Shown: piece after piece, positions 1-11,078 of the stretch
Layout of the letters: every line of letters begins with the position of its first letter
How positions within the stretch are numbered: position 1 is the first letter of the stretch
Origin: an uncultured Bacillota bacterium
GTDB taxonomy: Bacteria > Sysuimicrobiota > Sysuimicrobiia > Sysuimicrobiales > Segetimicrobiaceae
NCBI GenBank assembly: GCA_963804645.1
Contig: CAWDRG010000008.1
Coordinates: 50,253 to 114,252, forward strand
DNA length: 64,000 nucleotides
Reading direction: 5' to 3'
Notes under the pieces: model-generated
Seen by the model: the letters and a program-made list of their open reading frames with translations, nothing else
Told to the model about the DNA's origin: nothing
The model's database searches: none
Made by a program: the position numbers and the translations under genes

Positions 1-505
1 CCGAAGACGTCGATCCGGACGATGGGCCACCCATCCGGACCGCCCGACCTCGGCCCCAGGTAGACTGCGATGCCGCTCCGGTCGTAGACCCACGCCGTCT
101 ACGCCGGCGCGGTCACCGACCGTGTCGGCGGACCCATCGTAAGCCGCACGGCTCGACCGATCGCGCCGACCCGCAGCGCATTCACCAGTGAATAGTCCGC
201 GCTCCCGACGATGCCCACCGCGTACCCGCGGCCGTCCGGCCCGACCAAACCGCGTCACGCCGTTGCGCCAGAGGGACTGGACGGATTCCGGCGGCGCGGC
301 GATGACGGTCGGCGCGGCCACGCGCCGATGCGAGACCGGCGGCCTGAACATCGTCGCCGCCGCCTGATCGACCGTCATGCCGAGCGACACGCCCCCGATC
401 GCATACCCGGGCGTGATCCGAAAGTCCGTGACTTCCTGCGCGCCCGCCGGGACCGCCGGCAGGACCGCGAGCAGCAGGAGCGCCGCCGCCCGTCCACCGC
501 GTCAC
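1..505 (-). pseudogene. Secreted hypothetical protein, last visible gene of the MoxR/VWA operon; disrupted (probably sequence errors) and running off the window edge
   Basis: Manual translation from a GTGA overlap at 505 gives signal-like AAALLLLAVLPAVPAGAQ, then FRITPGYAIGGVSLGMT...WVYDRSGIAVY...IVRIDVF. This needs frameshifts near 490 and 250 and passes an in-frame TAG near 100. Confidence 0.5.
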
Positions 506-3252
506 CGCGTCTTGCCTCCGCCGCGCAGCCGCGCGATATACAGGCGCGCGGCCTCGTTCATCGACGCACCGCGCAGCTTCTCCTCCTCGGCGAAGCGCGC
601 CTCCTCGGCGGCCCACCGGTCCGCGGACGCATACGCGTCGTCCTCGGCCTGCCGGCCCGGACGGTCGACCCCGCGGCCGCCGAAGACGGCGGCGATCGCC
701 GCCGACAGATCGCCGACCCGCTGCGCGACCGCGGGCACGCGGCGCACCGTCACCTCCGCGAGCAGCAGTGCCGCCGCGAGGCCGGCGATGGGCGGCCAGC
801 CGTCCGCCTGGCCCTGTCCAGATCCCGGACGGAACGCCTCGTCCGGCGAGTGCAGGAGGCTTCCCCCGGTCGCCTCGGTGAGCTGGGCGAGCAGCGCCGG
901 ATTGCCCCCGGGGTCGCGCAGCTCCGGTGAGTACGGGATCACCAACCCGCCGGCCCGCGTGCCGACCGCGCCTCCCGCGCCGCGTGCCGCGACCGTCACG
1001 GCGTAGGTGCCCGGCACGGCCGCCGGCCAGGTCGCCTCGTAGCGCCCGGGCGCGGTCTGGGTGACCTCGAGCGGACGGCGCGAGCCGCCCGGCCCCTGGA
1101 CCGCCGCGGCGACCGTCAACCCGTCCCACGAACTGCCGTCGGGGTGACGCGCGTCGAGGATCAGCCTGGCGTCGGAGCCGCGCGGGTCGCGCGCGAGCGA
1201 CAGGTACAGCCCGGCGCCCTCGTCGCGCAGCGTCCACCGGATCGCCTGGGACCAGAATCGCGCGGCGTCGGGCCATGCCGCCCACCCCGACGTCCACCGG
1301 GCGCCGTCGTCCGAGGTGAACGCGACGGCGCGCCCGAGGCCGTACTGCCACGTCGCGAGCACCGGATCGCGCCGCGGCCCCTCGAGCGCCACGTCCGCGG
1401 TGGGCTTCGCCACCGCGGCGACGTAGCCCGCGATCGGCGGCGGCGTCCCGACGTCGACGAGCGTCGGCGCCTGACCAACGCGCGCGAGCGGCGTGGGCTC
1501 CTCGACGACGTACGACCGGACGGCGATCAGCGCTTCGGTCGTGAAGATCTCGGGGATGTCGTAGAAATCCTTCGCCACGTAGGACCGTCCGTTGCCCCAG
1601 CGCGCGACGTTCCGCATAAACGTGAGGTCCGCGTCGCTGCCGATCGCGACCGTGCTGACCGTGAGCTTCTCGCGGGCCATCTGCGACACGAGCGTGTGGA
1701 AATCGCCGGGGTCCGTCAGCCCGTCGCTCATGACGATCACGTGCCGGACCTTGGCGGGCGACTTCACCAAGAACCGCTCGGCCCCGACGAGCGGCGGATA
1801 CATCAGCGTGCCCCCGCCCGCGCTGATCCGGGCGACCTCGTTGAGGATGCGGTCCTTGAAGCGGGCTTCCGTCGGCGGCACGAGCCACCGGTACGTCTGA
1901 TCGAACGTGATCACGCCGATCTGATCGTGCTCGCTCAGGAGATCGATCGTGGACGACGCGATCTCCTTGGCGAGGTCCTCCTTGGCCAGCTCGGAGCCGA
2001 ACGCCTCCATGCTGCCCGAGGTGTCGAGCACCAGCACCACCGCGACGGTCGGGAGCGCGGTCTGCTGGCGGACGTCCATGCGGACCGGCAGGATCGTCTC
2101 GAGCGGCGTGCCCGCGTATCTGCCGACGCCGTAGCTGTGGGGCCCGCCGACGGCGACCAGCCCGCCGCCGAGCGCACCGACGAACGTCTGGAGCCCCTCC
2201 TGCTGCGCCGCGCTCAGATCGGACGCGCCGATGTCATCCAGGACGACGCTGCCGTACGGCGCGAACCCCGTCGGCAGCGTGGGCACCTGATCGGGAGTCC
2301 GGACATCGACGCGCAGGCCCTGCCGGGCGAGCGACTCGGGCAGCACGGTGGGATCCTCGGCCACGAACAGCACGCGGGGCGCGCCGCGCACGACGACCAG
2401 CGCCTCGCCGTGGTTGTTCCCGGGCAGGCTGAACGGCGGCGCGGCGACGTCGACCCGGTACCGCAGCAGCGACTCGCTCGTCACCCGGTCGGTAAACGAC
2501 ACGGCCGTTTCTCCGGGCGCCACCGCCACGCGGCGTGTCGCGATCGGCGTGCCGTCCCGGCTCAGGGTCACCGCGGCCTGGACCGGCACCGTGGCACGCA
2601 GCACCGCACGCACCTCGTAGGCTTCCCCCACATGCACCTCCGCGGGGGTGGCCAGGTCGTCGACCAGGATCTCGGGCGGCGCGGTCGCGCCGAGAGGCAC
2701 CGCGTCGACCGCGATGCCGTCGGCCGCGGCGCGGCGGGCCGCGGCGACCGCGTTGCCCGCGTTCTCGGCCCCATCGCTCAGCACGACGATCCGGCGCGCG
2801 CCGTCGCGCGGCAGCACGGCGCGCGCCAGATCGATGCCCGCGCCGATGTCGGTCGCGTCCGGCTCCGGCGCCGTCGCGAGCTCATCGACCCCGAGACGGG
2901 GCGCGACCGGCGACTGCAGCAGCGGCTGCCCCGCGAAGGTGACGACGCCGGCCTCATCGTCCGGGTGCATCCGGGCGAGCGCGTCTCTGACGAATCCCGT
3001 CTCCGCACGCGCGTCGTTGGACGTGATGCTGAGCGACCGGTCCGCGACGAACGCGACGCGGACGCCCGCCACCGGCACGCGAAGGATCGGTTCGGCGAGC
3101 GCCAGCACGAGCAGGGCGAGCAGCGCCGCACGCAGCACCGTCGCGATCCGCCAACGGCGCCCGACGCGGCGGCGCCCCAGATGCCACACGACCAGCACGA
3201 GGGGCAGCAGCAGGAGCCACAGCGGCTGCTGGAAGCCGATCGGCAGCGTCAC
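502..3252 (-). CDS. Membrane-anchored protein with two VWA domains and a glutamine-amidotransferase-like domain
   Basis: N-terminal FQQPLWLLLL TM segment, MIDAS motifs DRSLS and DTSGS, GGGLVAVGGPHSYGVGRY GATase-like segment, and a C-terminal TM. Confidence 0.88.
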   Translation of the reverse strand: MTLPIGFQQPLWLLLLPLVLVVWHLGRRRVGRRWRIATVLRAALLALLVLALAEPILRVPVAGVRVAFVADRSLSITSNDARAETGFVRDALARMHPDDEAGVVTFAGQPLLQSPVAPRLGVDELATAPEPDATDIGAGIDLARAVLPRDGARRIVVLSDGAENAGNAVAAARRAAADGIAVDAVPLGATAPPEILVDDLATPAEVHVGEAYEVRAVLRATVPVQAAVTLSRDGTPIATRRVAVAPGETAVSFTDRVTSESLLRYRVDVAAPPFSLPGNNHGEALVVVRGAPRVLFVAEDPTVLPESLARQGLRVDVRTPDQVPTLPTGFAPYGSVVLDDIGASDLSAAQQEGLQTFVGALGGGLVAVGGPHSYGVGRYAGTPLETILPVRMDVRQQTALPTVAVVLVLDTSGSMEAFGSELAKEDLAKEIASSTIDLLSEHDQIGVITFDQTYRWLVPPTEARFKDRILNEVARISAGGGTLMYPPLVGAERFLVKSPAKVRHVIVMSDGLTDPGDFHTLVSQMAREKLTVSTVAIGSDADLTFMRNVARWGNGRSYVAKDFYDIPEIFTTEALIAVRSYVVEEPTPLARVGQAPTLVDVGTPPPIAGYVAAVAKPTADVALEGPRRDPVLATWQYGLGRAVAFTSDDGARWTSGWAAWPDAARFWSQAIRWTLRDEGAGLYLSLARDPRGSDARLILDARHPDGSSWDGLTVAAAVQGPGGSRRPLEVTQTAPGRYEATWPAAVPGTYAVTVAARGAGGAVGTRAGGLVIPYSPELRDPGGNPALLAQLTEATGGSLLHSPDEAFRPGSGQGQADGWPPIAGLAAALLLAEVTVRRVPAVAQRVGDLSAAIAAVFGGRGVDRPGRQAEDDAYASADRWAAEEARFAEEEKLRGASMNEAARLYIARLRGGGKTR

Positions 3253-5054
3253 GCGTCACCCCCCGAGCGGCGGGTCGCCAGCGCCCACTCCGCCAGCACG
3301 GCGGCCACGGCGGCGGCCACCAGCCCGGGCCACAGCGGCACGCGCACGAGCACGGTCTGGGGCACGCCCGCGGGTCCCTGCACCGGCGCGGCCGAGGTGC
3401 CCGCCGGCGCCGACCCGGGGCGGATCACGCTCGCCTGGGGCGCTCCGATTTGTGCGGCGAACACGCGGTCCGCGCCGCCCGGAACCGAGAGGCGGTAGAG
3501 GCCGGCGTGCACAAGCGGCGGCAGGACGAACACCCCGTCGACCGGCCGGAGCGCCGCGCGCCCGCCGCCGGGGTCGGTGAGCGTCGCCGCGGGCGCCGCG
3601 CCCGCAGGCACCTCCACGTCGTCTCCGACGCGGGCGTCCGCGATCGCGCCGCCGAGCCACGCGAGGCTGTTCTGCACCAAGATCGGAAACGCCACGTGCA
3701 GCGGGAGGTCGGAGTCCTCGAGCGCAAACCCCAGGATCACAATCCGCACGCCGCCGCCGTCGTAGGCCCAGACGAGCGGCACGGCACCCTCGGCCAGGAC
3801 CCGGCCCCCCTCCGGGGCGAGCGCGAGCGCCCGGTCGATCCGCACGCTGCTGAGGTCCACGAACCGCAGCACCGGGTCGTCGCGATCCCACGCCGCGACG
3901 GTCGGGTGCGAGACCACGCCCGAGGCACTCACCGGCAGACCCGACGGCACGGTCCCGATCGCGAGGTAGTTCCCCGGCGGCAGCGTCCCGACGTCGACGC
4001 GGTCGAGAATCACGATCCCGAACCGGCTCCACGTCGCGGGGGACACCGTCGCGGTCTCGGCGGCGCGAGCCACCGGCAGCACGCGCAGCATGCCCTCGAG
4101 ATACGGACTGCCGCGGCTCACAAGCAGGACCGACGGCAGCGGCGTCGGATCGATCACCGCCGTCGCCTGGTCATCCGCCGGCAGCAGGTCGTGCACGTCG
4201 AGCCGGGCACGGAGCACGCCGGCGCCGGCGACCGGGAACACGGTCGTCCAGGTGTCCCCCGGCGTGACGGTGACCGTCCGCCGATACACCACGACGTCGC
4301 CCAACCGAACCTCGAGGGGGACCTGGCGTGCGGCGCCGCCGTCGTTGGCGACGCGCACGAGCACCCGCACCCCGTCGGCGTCGCGCAGCACCCGGAACTC
4401 GGTAATCGCGACGTTGTCGTCCGAGGTCCCGACGATCCGGTAGGTCACCCCGGCCACCGACGGCAGCGCGCCGCGCGCCCCGTCCGTCCACACGAGGACT
4501 TGCCCGCCGGGGCCCGGCTGCTGGGCGGCCCCGAGCGTCACCGCCGCGGCGACGTCTCCCTGGGCGTCCCACGGCGCCGCCGCGCGCAGCGCGCCCGCGA
4601 GCGCGCGCCGGTCGTCGGTCAGCGCGGCGAGCAAGAGTGGATGGGGCGCGGCAAGCACGACCGCTGCCCGCTGCCCCGGCGCGAGGCGCGACACGATCTC
4701 GAGCGCCTCGGCGCGGGCCCGGTCGAACCGGGTCGGCGCCACGTCACGCGCCTGCATCGACAGCGAGCCGTCGAGCACCAGCACGATATCGCGGCCCGCG
4801 ACGCCCCGGCCGATCACCGCGGGTCGCGCGAGCCCGACGACGAGGCAGGCGACCGCCAACAACTGCAGCAGGAGCAGGAGGCTCCGCTCAATCCGGCGCG
4901 ACGGCCGGGACGCGGCCAGCGACGGCGCCGACCGCCGCCACAAGAGGATGCTGCTGACCGGCTGCTCCCGGCGCCGGACCCGCAGCAGATAGAGCAGCAC
5001 GAACAGCGGCAGGGCCAGCAGCCCCCACAGCGCCGCCGGAGCGCCGAACGTCAC
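3249..5054 (-). CDS. BatA-type N-terminal domain plus VWA domain membrane protein
   Basis: MTFGAPAALWGLLALP...LYLL...SSILLW...LLLLLQLL...LARP BatA signature, MIDAS DGSLS, C-terminal LWP...LAEW TM; GTGA overlaps on both sides. Confidence 0.88.
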   Translation of the reverse strand: MTFGAPAALWGLLALPLFVLLYLLRVRRREQPVSSILLWRRSAPSLAASRPSRRIERSLLLLLQLLAVACLVVGLARPAVIGRGVAGRDIVLVLDGSLSMQARDVAPTRFDRARAEALEIVSRLAPGQRAAVVLAAPHPLLLAALTDDRRALAGALRAAAPWDAQGDVAAAVTLGAAQQPGPGGQVLVWTDGARGALPSVAGVTYRIVGTSDDNVAITEFRVLRDADGVRVLVRVANDGGAARQVPLEVRLGDVVVYRRTVTVTPGDTWTTVFPVAGAGVLRARLDVHDLLPADDQATAVIDPTPLPSVLLVSRGSPYLEGMLRVLPVARAAETATVSPATWSRFGIVILDRVDVGTLPPGNYLAIGTVPSGLPVSASGVVSHPTVAAWDRDDPVLRFVDLSSVRIDRALALAPEGGRVLAEGAVPLVWAYDGGGVRIVILGFALEDSDLPLHVAFPILVQNSLAWLGGAIADARVGDDVEVPAGAAPAATLTDPGGGRAALRPVDGVFVLPPLVHAGLYRLSVPGGADRVFAAQIGAPQASVIRPGSAPAGTSAAPVQGPAGVPQTVLVRVPLWPGLVAAAVAAVLAEWALATRRSGGDA

Positions 5055-5965
5055 CGGACGAGGCCCCCCTGCCGCAGATAGCGGAGGATCAACAGATCGA
5101 CGGGCACCGAGGATGCCGTGCGCACGTAGTCGATCCGGTGCCGGAAGCAGAAGCGTTCGAGATCACGGAAGTAGGCGTCGCGCGCCGCGGCGTACTCGCG
5201 CAGCGCCTCCGCGTCCACCGACAGCTCGATCGCGCGCCCGGTTTCGACGTCGACGAGCCGCAGCTCGCCCGACAACTGCGGGGCGATCTCCTCATCCGCG
5301 AGCACGTGGATCACGAACGTTTGGAACCGGTGGTGGCGCGCCTGCAGCAGGGCGTGCTCGTACCCGTGCGGGTCCAGCAGATCGGAGAGCAGAACTAGGA
5401 GGCCGCCCCGGCGCTGCTCGCCGAGATCGCGGGTCAGCGCCTGGCCGAGGTTCGTCTCGCCGCTCGGGGTCAACCGGTCGAGAAAGCGCAAGAGATCGAA
5501 CGCGCGGCCGCGCCCGCGCAGCCGGGGCAGGTGCGGACCCCGGTCGGAGGCCACGGCGGTCACGGTGACCCGGTCGAGGTTGCTGAGCCCGATGTACCCG
5601 ATCGCCGCGGCGACCCGCTTCGCCAGCGCGAGCTTGCTCGGGGTACCGGCGGCCATCGACGCGCTCGTGTCCACGACGAGGCGGACCTCGAGATCCTCCT
5701 CTTCGCTGAACAGCTTCACGAAGATCCGGTCGAGGCGGGAGACGATGTTCCAGTCGATGTAGCGGTAGTCATCGCCCGGCTCGTAGGGCCGGTAGTCGTC
5801 GAACTCGATGCCGCGCCCCTTCACGATGCTGCGGCGCTCTCCGCGCAGCTGCCCCTGCACTCGGCGCCGGCTGATCAGGCTCAGCGTTTCGAGGCGCTGG
5901 AGAAACGCCGGGTCAAACAGGCGCGCATCCTGCGCGTCAGATTCCGGAGGGACCGGCAGGGACAT
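5051..5965 (-). CDS. DUF58 domain protein (MoxR-associated)
   Basis: GERRS..KGRGIEFDDYRPYEPGDDYRYIDWN signature and DTSAS motif. Confidence 0.93.
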   Translation of the reverse strand: MSLPVPPESDAQDARLFDPAFLQRLETLSLISRRRVQGQLRGERRSIVKGRGIEFDDYRPYEPGDDYRYIDWNIVSRLDRIFVKLFSEEEDLEVRLVVDTSASMAAGTPSKLALAKRVAAAIGYIGLSNLDRVTVTAVASDRGPHLPRLRGRGRAFDLLRFLDRLTPSGETNLGQALTRDLGEQRRGGLLVLLSDLLDPHGYEHALLQARHHRFQTFVIHVLADEEIAPQLSGELRLVDVETGRAIELSVDAEALREYAAARDAYFRDLERFCFRHRIDYVRTASSVPVDLLILRYLRQGGLVR

Positions 5966-5973
5966 CCGCCGGC

Positions 5974-6987
5974 CTACGCGCCGCCGGCGGCCGACGCGGC
6001 CGCGCCGACCTCGTTGATCGCCGCACGCAGCAGGTCGTCCGGATCCGCGCCCTCGGCCTCTCCCTCGAAGTTCATGATCAACCGGTGCCGCAGCGCGGGC
6101 AGCGCGAGCGCCTGGATGTCCTCGATCGACACGTTGAAGCGCCCCTCGGCGAGCGCGCGCACCTTGCCCGCCCGGATCAGCGCCTGCAGTCCGCGCGGGC
6201 TCGCGCCGTAGCGGATGAAGCGCTTGGCGCCGGCCGACGCGCCCGGAGTGTCGCCGTGGGTCGCGAGCACGAGCCGCGCCGCGTAGTGCTGCACGTGGGC
6301 CGCCGCCGGCACCTGACGCGCGGTCGCCTGCATGGCGCGCACGGCGGTGCCGTCGAGGACTTGGTGCGCGACGGGCTCCTCGGGCCCGGTCGTCCGCTCG
6401 GCGATCGCGCTCAACTCCTCGAGGCTCGGAAACGGCACGCGCAGCTTGAACAGAAACCGGTCGAGCTGCGCCTCCGGCAGCGGATAAGTGCCCTCCATCT
6501 CGATCGGATTCTGCGTGGCGAGCACGAAAAACGGACGCTCGAGCGGCCGGGATTCCCCGGCCGTCGAGACCGCGTGCTCCTGCATCGCTTCGAGGAGCGC
6601 GGACTGCGTCTTCGGCGTCGCCCGGTTGATCTCGTCCGCGAGCACGATCTGGGCGAACACCGGGCCGGGCTGGAACTCGAACCGGCGGCGCCCGGCCTCG
6701 TCCTGCACGATCAGGTTCGTGCCGAGGATGTCCGCGGGCATCAGGTCCGGCGTGAACTGGATCCGCGAGAAGCGCAGGTCCAGCGCCTGCGCGAGCGTGC
6801 GCACGAGCAGCGTCTTGCCGAGCCCCGGGACGCCCTCGAGCAGCACGTGCCCGTCGGCCATCAGCGCGGTCACCACCAAGTCCAGCAGCGGCTCGTGCCC
6901 GACGATCACCCGGCCGAGCTCCTCACGCACCGCCGCGTACCCTCGGCGAAACTCCTCCACCTCGCGCGATCCGGCGAGATCCGTCAC
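5974..6987 (-). CDS. moxR: MoxR-family AAA+ ATPase
   Basis: HVLLEGVPGLGKT Walker A, RIQFTPDLMPADI, LADEINRATPKTQSALLEAM, ATQNPIEMEGTYPLPEAQLDRF. Confidence 0.96.
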   Translation of the reverse strand: MTDLAGSREVEEFRRGYAAVREELGRVIVGHEPLLDLVVTALMADGHVLLEGVPGLGKTLLVRTLAQALDLRFSRIQFTPDLMPADILGTNLIVQDEAGRRRFEFQPGPVFAQIVLADEINRATPKTQSALLEAMQEHAVSTAGESRPLERPFFVLATQNPIEMEGTYPLPEAQLDRFLFKLRVPFPSLEELSAIAERTTGPEEPVAHQVLDGTAVRAMQATARQVPAAAHVQHYAARLVLATHGDTPGASAGAKRFIRYGASPRGLQALIRAGKVRALAEGRFNVSIEDIQALALPALRHRLIMNFEGEAEGADPDDLLRAAINEVGAAASAAGGA

Positions 6988-8564
6988 GGCGTGCCTCCCA
7001 GCGTCTCGAAGTACTGGCGGATCAGCGTGAGGTACGCGGGCGGCAGCGGCGCCTGCGACATCGCCCGGTCGATCTCGCGGGTAACCGCTGGAGAGGTGCG
7101 CCCCGCCGGCAGCCGCGATGCCCCGGCCTGGCCGGGCGCGACGATCTCCTTGATCGTCGACGGCCCTTCGCCCTGGATCCCCGGGAGGTGCTCCTCGGCG
7201 CGCGTGGCGCGAATCCGCGGGCTCGGCGCGCCCAGACGGCCGCCGGTCCCCTTCCCGGGCAGGCTGCCCTGGTTCGGGCCGGGCGGCGCCGGCGGTCCGG
7301 CGTCGCTGCTCGGCTCGGTCGGGGCGTTCGGCCCGGACGCCGTCGGCGGCGGCGCGCTCTTCGACGATCCCGTCTCGGGCGTCGTGTCGGAGCCGCCAGT
7401 CGGCGCGGCGTCCGCGATCCGCGAGGCGGAGCTCTGAACGTCCTTGCTCGCCTCTCCCAGCATCTCGTCGTCTCCGGCCATCTGCTCCATGTCCTGCAGA
7501 TTCTCAAGCGCCTCGTTGAGCGCACCCGACGCGGCCGCCGGATGCCCCGCCGCGGCTTCCTGACGCGCCTTGGCGACGGCCTGCCGGGTCGAGACCGGGG
7601 CGTTCATCTGATCGAGCGAGTCCGACAGCGCCTGCATCTGGGACGACAGCTGCCGCGGGTCGACCGGACTGCCGCCCCGCTCGAGCTGTCCGGTGAGCTG
7701 GCGCACCTGGCGCACCGCGGCGCTCAGGCGCTCGAGCCGCTGCGCCGGGGTCTCGTTGGCTTGGGGCGTCGCCGGCGACACGGTTCCCCCGGTGCGGGTC
7801 TGCGAGAGCGCCGCGTCGAGCTGCCGCTGCACCTGCTGCTGCGCCGCGCTCAGCTGGCGGTCCGTGTCGCGCAGCAGCGCAAGCGCCTGCTGGCGGTCGA
7901 TGCGGGACGATTCCAGCCGCTGGCCCAGCTCCTCGAGCCGCGGCGCCGCGCGTTGGGTCTCGGGCAGCCCGCGCGAGCGCGCCGCCGCTTCAAGCTGCCG
8001 GCCGGCCCCCGCGATCGCCTGTCCCTCTTGGTGGATGGCAGCCGCCACTCTTGCCGAAGGCGTCGCGGGCAGCGACCACCCCATGAGCAGCCGCGCCCAC
8101 ACGAGCAATACGACGCACGCGGCCGCGGCCAGGCCGGCGTCGCGCGGCACTCGAACCGGCGCGACGTCCCGCGGGACGACCGTATGGGACACCGCCATCG
8201 CATCCGAGATCTGCAGACGCGCGAGGCCGAGCGGAGGCGTGGGCCGGGCGAGCAGTTCGAGGGCCGTGCTCAGGCGGTCCGCAAGCCCGGCGCCCCGATC
8301 GGCGATCTGCGCGGCCTGCGCCAGCGGCGGCCGGAGCCGCCACGACAGCACCACGAACGCCAGGGCGAGTGCGCCGCCGAGGCCACCCGCCAGCCGGGCG
8401 AGCGGAAACGGCACCGGGATCACCGCGGTGAGCAGCGCCCACACGACGAGGCCCGCCCCGCAGACGGCCGCGCCGCGCGCGACGATCGCGGCGGCCGCGG
8501 CCACGCCCCGCCGGAACGCGACGCGGCGCAGCAGCGTCCGAAGCACCATGTACTCGTGGCTCAC
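6984..8564 (-). CDS. Membrane-anchored coiled-coil protein with a low-complexity C-terminus
   Basis: Start placed at the GTGA overlap (8564). Three N-terminal TMs with an ADR..GLADRLSTALE motif, a Q/L-rich helical middle, a Gly/Pro/Ser linker and C-terminal LPPAYLTLIRQYF. Confidence 0.8.
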   Translation of the reverse strand: MSHEYMVLRTLLRRVAFRRGVAAAAAIVARGAAVCGAGLVVWALLTAVIPVPFPLARLAGGLGGALALAFVVLSWRLRPPLAQAAQIADRGAGLADRLSTALELLARPTPPLGLARLQISDAMAVSHTVVPRDVAPVRVPRDAGLAAAACVVLLVWARLLMGWSLPATPSARVAAAIHQEGQAIAGAGRQLEAAARSRGLPETQRAAPRLEELGQRLESSRIDRQQALALLRDTDRQLSAAQQQVQRQLDAALSQTRTGGTVSPATPQANETPAQRLERLSAAVRQVRQLTGQLERGGSPVDPRQLSSQMQALSDSLDQMNAPVSTRQAVAKARQEAAAGHPAAASGALNEALENLQDMEQMAGDDEMLGEASKDVQSSASRIADAAPTGGSDTTPETGSSKSAPPPTASGPNAPTEPSSDAGPPAPPGPNQGSLPGKGTGGRLGAPSPRIRATRAEEHLPGIQGEGPSTIKEIVAPGQAGASRLPAGRTSPAVTREIDRAMSQAPLPPAYLTLIRQYFETLGGTP

Positions 8565-9265
8565 GACGCTCCGTACCTCCGGAGTGCGAGCTGCGCGAGA
8601 CCGCCCGCCGCGAGCCCGAGCGCCGCGTAGACGATCACGGCCTGCACGGGAAACGCGCCGCCGGCCGCGCGCGCCACGGCGACGATCGGGTTCAGCCACT
8701 GCTGATCCACCGGCAGCGCGAGGGTGGCGACAAACAGCGCGAGCAGCGTCGTCCAGTGCACCACCGCGCGCGAAAACTCAGAGTCGATGACGATGCTGTA
8801 GAGCAGTCCGAGCTGCGCGATGCCCCACGCCTCGATCGCGACCAGCGCGGACACGGCCGCGAGCATCGCCACCGAACCCTGCCGGATCCCGATGGCGAGA
8901 ATCAGCAGCGGAGACCCGAGCAGCAGCCAGTAGACGATCGTCGCCAGCGACGCGAGGCTCTTCCCCACGACGATCATCCGCCGCGGGAAGGGCCCGAACG
9001 CGAGGTCCACCGAGGGCCGCTCGCCCTCGACCGCGATCTCCTGCGCCGCGCAGGCCGACGCAAAGTAGGTCACGAGCACCCCCTGCACGCCGAGCAGCGC
9101 GAGCCCCAGGCTGGTTTGGTTGGACACCTCGGGCCGGTTCAGTTCGGGCGGAAGGCCGAGCAGCGTGAGCAGCCCGAGGATCCCGAGGTAGAAGAACTCG
9201 ATAGCGAGGACCTTGCGGCTGGCCCCTCGAGCCCGGAGATCCCCGCGCAGAACGGCGTTGCCCAC
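8561..9265 (-). CDS. ABC-2-type permease-like membrane protein
   Basis: About six TMs; IAVEGERPSVDL...IVVGK resembles the ABC-2 permease I..E.E.G..DL...GK motif. Confidence 0.7.
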   Translation of the reverse strand: MGNAVLRGDLRARGASRKVLAIEFFYLGILGLLTLLGLPPELNRPEVSNQTSLGLALLGVQGVLVTYFASACAAQEIAVEGERPSVDLAFGPFPRRMIVVGKSLASLATIVYWLLLGSPLLILAIGIRQGSVAMLAAVSALVAIEAWGIAQLGLLYSIVIDSEFSRAVVHWTTLLALFVATLALPVDQQWLNPIVAVARAAGGAFPVQAVIVYAALGLAAGGLAQLALRRYGAS

Positions 9266-9270
9266 CGCGG

Positions 9271-11071
9271 CTATCGCCCTGCCACCGGCAGCAGCAGGAT
9301 CGCGGGGCGCGCATCGACCGTTCCGCCGTCCGCCAAGTCAAACACAGGCACGGTGTGCGGGATCTCCCCTACGAGGATCGGCGTTGTGGGGTTCATTATA
9401 ACATCGCCCGTAGACGCCTGGAAGATCCACGCGCGGACCGGGGTGTGGCTGTCGATCTCCGTCAGCGACACCCATCGCGACGGATCCATCGCGTGCGTCG
9501 ACGCCCCCGGCGGGAGGTCGCCCGAACCGGTAGGTGCGCGCGCCCCAACGCAGCTCCGCGCGCCGGACCGGTTCGGGGCCGACATCGACCGTCAGCGTGC
9601 GCCCGTCCGCGGTGATCTCCGCGCGCGCCGCGAACTGCGCAAGGGCGAGCGACTGGAACGCGCGCATCTCCGCGCCCGCCGGCAGCGTGCCTTCCAGCAC
9701 GGTGCCGGTGTCGGCGACCGTGGCGCGCAGATCGCCCGAGGCCGCGGCCGGGCCGACCACCTCCCGCGGGGCGCCGCGCACGCGGTACGGTCCACCGTAC
9801 GGGACCGACACGACCGCCACGGTCAGCGCGCGGGCCGCGTCGGTCCCCGGTGCGGCTTCGAAAAACGTGACCTCCGCGACCGACGTCGACCGGCCGCGCA
9901 CGTCGCCGGCGAGCAGCCAAAACACGGCCAGCGCGATCACGACGACCCCCACGGAGGCCAGCGCGCCCGCGCCCGGGGCGCGGCGCCGCGCGATCAGGTA
10001 GAGCACGCCCAGGTAGGCGACGATCGCGCCCGCCACCAGCGCGTGCACCCCCGGCCCGATCGGGGTGCCGTTCGGCAGCAGGTCCGCGACGCTCGAGACA
10101 TTGACGAGCGGCCTGGACGGCGGCCCGAGCGCCCCCACCCACAGCCCCTGGCGGCCCGCCCATCCGGCCACCGGGGGCTGCCACGGATCGACGCCCCACA
10201 CCGCGACCCATCCCAGCCCGACGGCGGCGCTGGCGATCACCGGGATCCCGCCGAGGCGCGTCACCGTGGCGCCGGGGCGCGGCGCGAGGGCCGTCACCGT
10301 GTACGGCCCCGGCGGCCACGCGGCGCCCGGGGACGCGGTCGCTCCGCCGGACACCGTCAACGACCGGACGTCCCCGGCGTCGGCCGGCAGGATGTCGTCG
10401 AGAAACGCGGGCGCCGGGACGCCCTGGCGCACGATCACGACCAGGCGCCCGCCGAGGCGCACCCATGTCGCGAGCGCGTCGCGCTGCTCGTCGTCGAGGC
10501 GCGCCGGGTCCAGATCCCGGATCACGAGCAGGTCGACGGCCCCGTACTCCTGCCAGCGGTGCGGCAGCGCGTCCGCGTCGGCGTACGCGGGGACGACCCG
10601 CTCGTCAAGGCGCGAGAGTGAATCCAGACCGGCGTGCTCGTCGGAGAGCGTGACGACCACGCGGCCGCCGACGAGCGAGGGGGTAATCGGCACGACGCGG
10701 CGCGCTACCTCGCGACCGGCCATGAGGACGCGCACCACCAGCGGTTGTCGGATATTGCCGAGCACCACGGGAACATCGAACGATTGCAGCGCACCGGGCT
10801 CGGCCTCAAACGGCACCACCGTCGTGTCGGTCACCGGGCCGGCCTGTGGGCCCATCGCCGGGGCGTCGATCACGAGCGACGCGGGGCCCGCCTCCGGCAG
10901 CAGCGAGACCGCGACCCGCACCGGCACCGGGACGCCGACCCGCACCGCGCCGGCGAATCCCACGCGCACGTCGAGCCCGCCCGCCTGCGCCGCCGCCGCG
11001 GGCCGGGCCAGCAGCAGGACCCCACAAAGCACAGCGAGGGCATGGCCCGAGAGCCATGCCCTCGTCCGCAC
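9271..11071 (-). CDS. Secreted/membrane protein with a GATase-like domain; +1 frameshift near 9522
   Basis: GTG at 11071, signal peptide, LPHRWQEYGAVDLLVI...WVRLGGRLVV motif and two TMs. The frame continues into ORF 9271..9585 if one G of the GGG at 9521-9523 is removed. Confidence 0.75.
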
Positions 11072-11078
11072 CGATCGA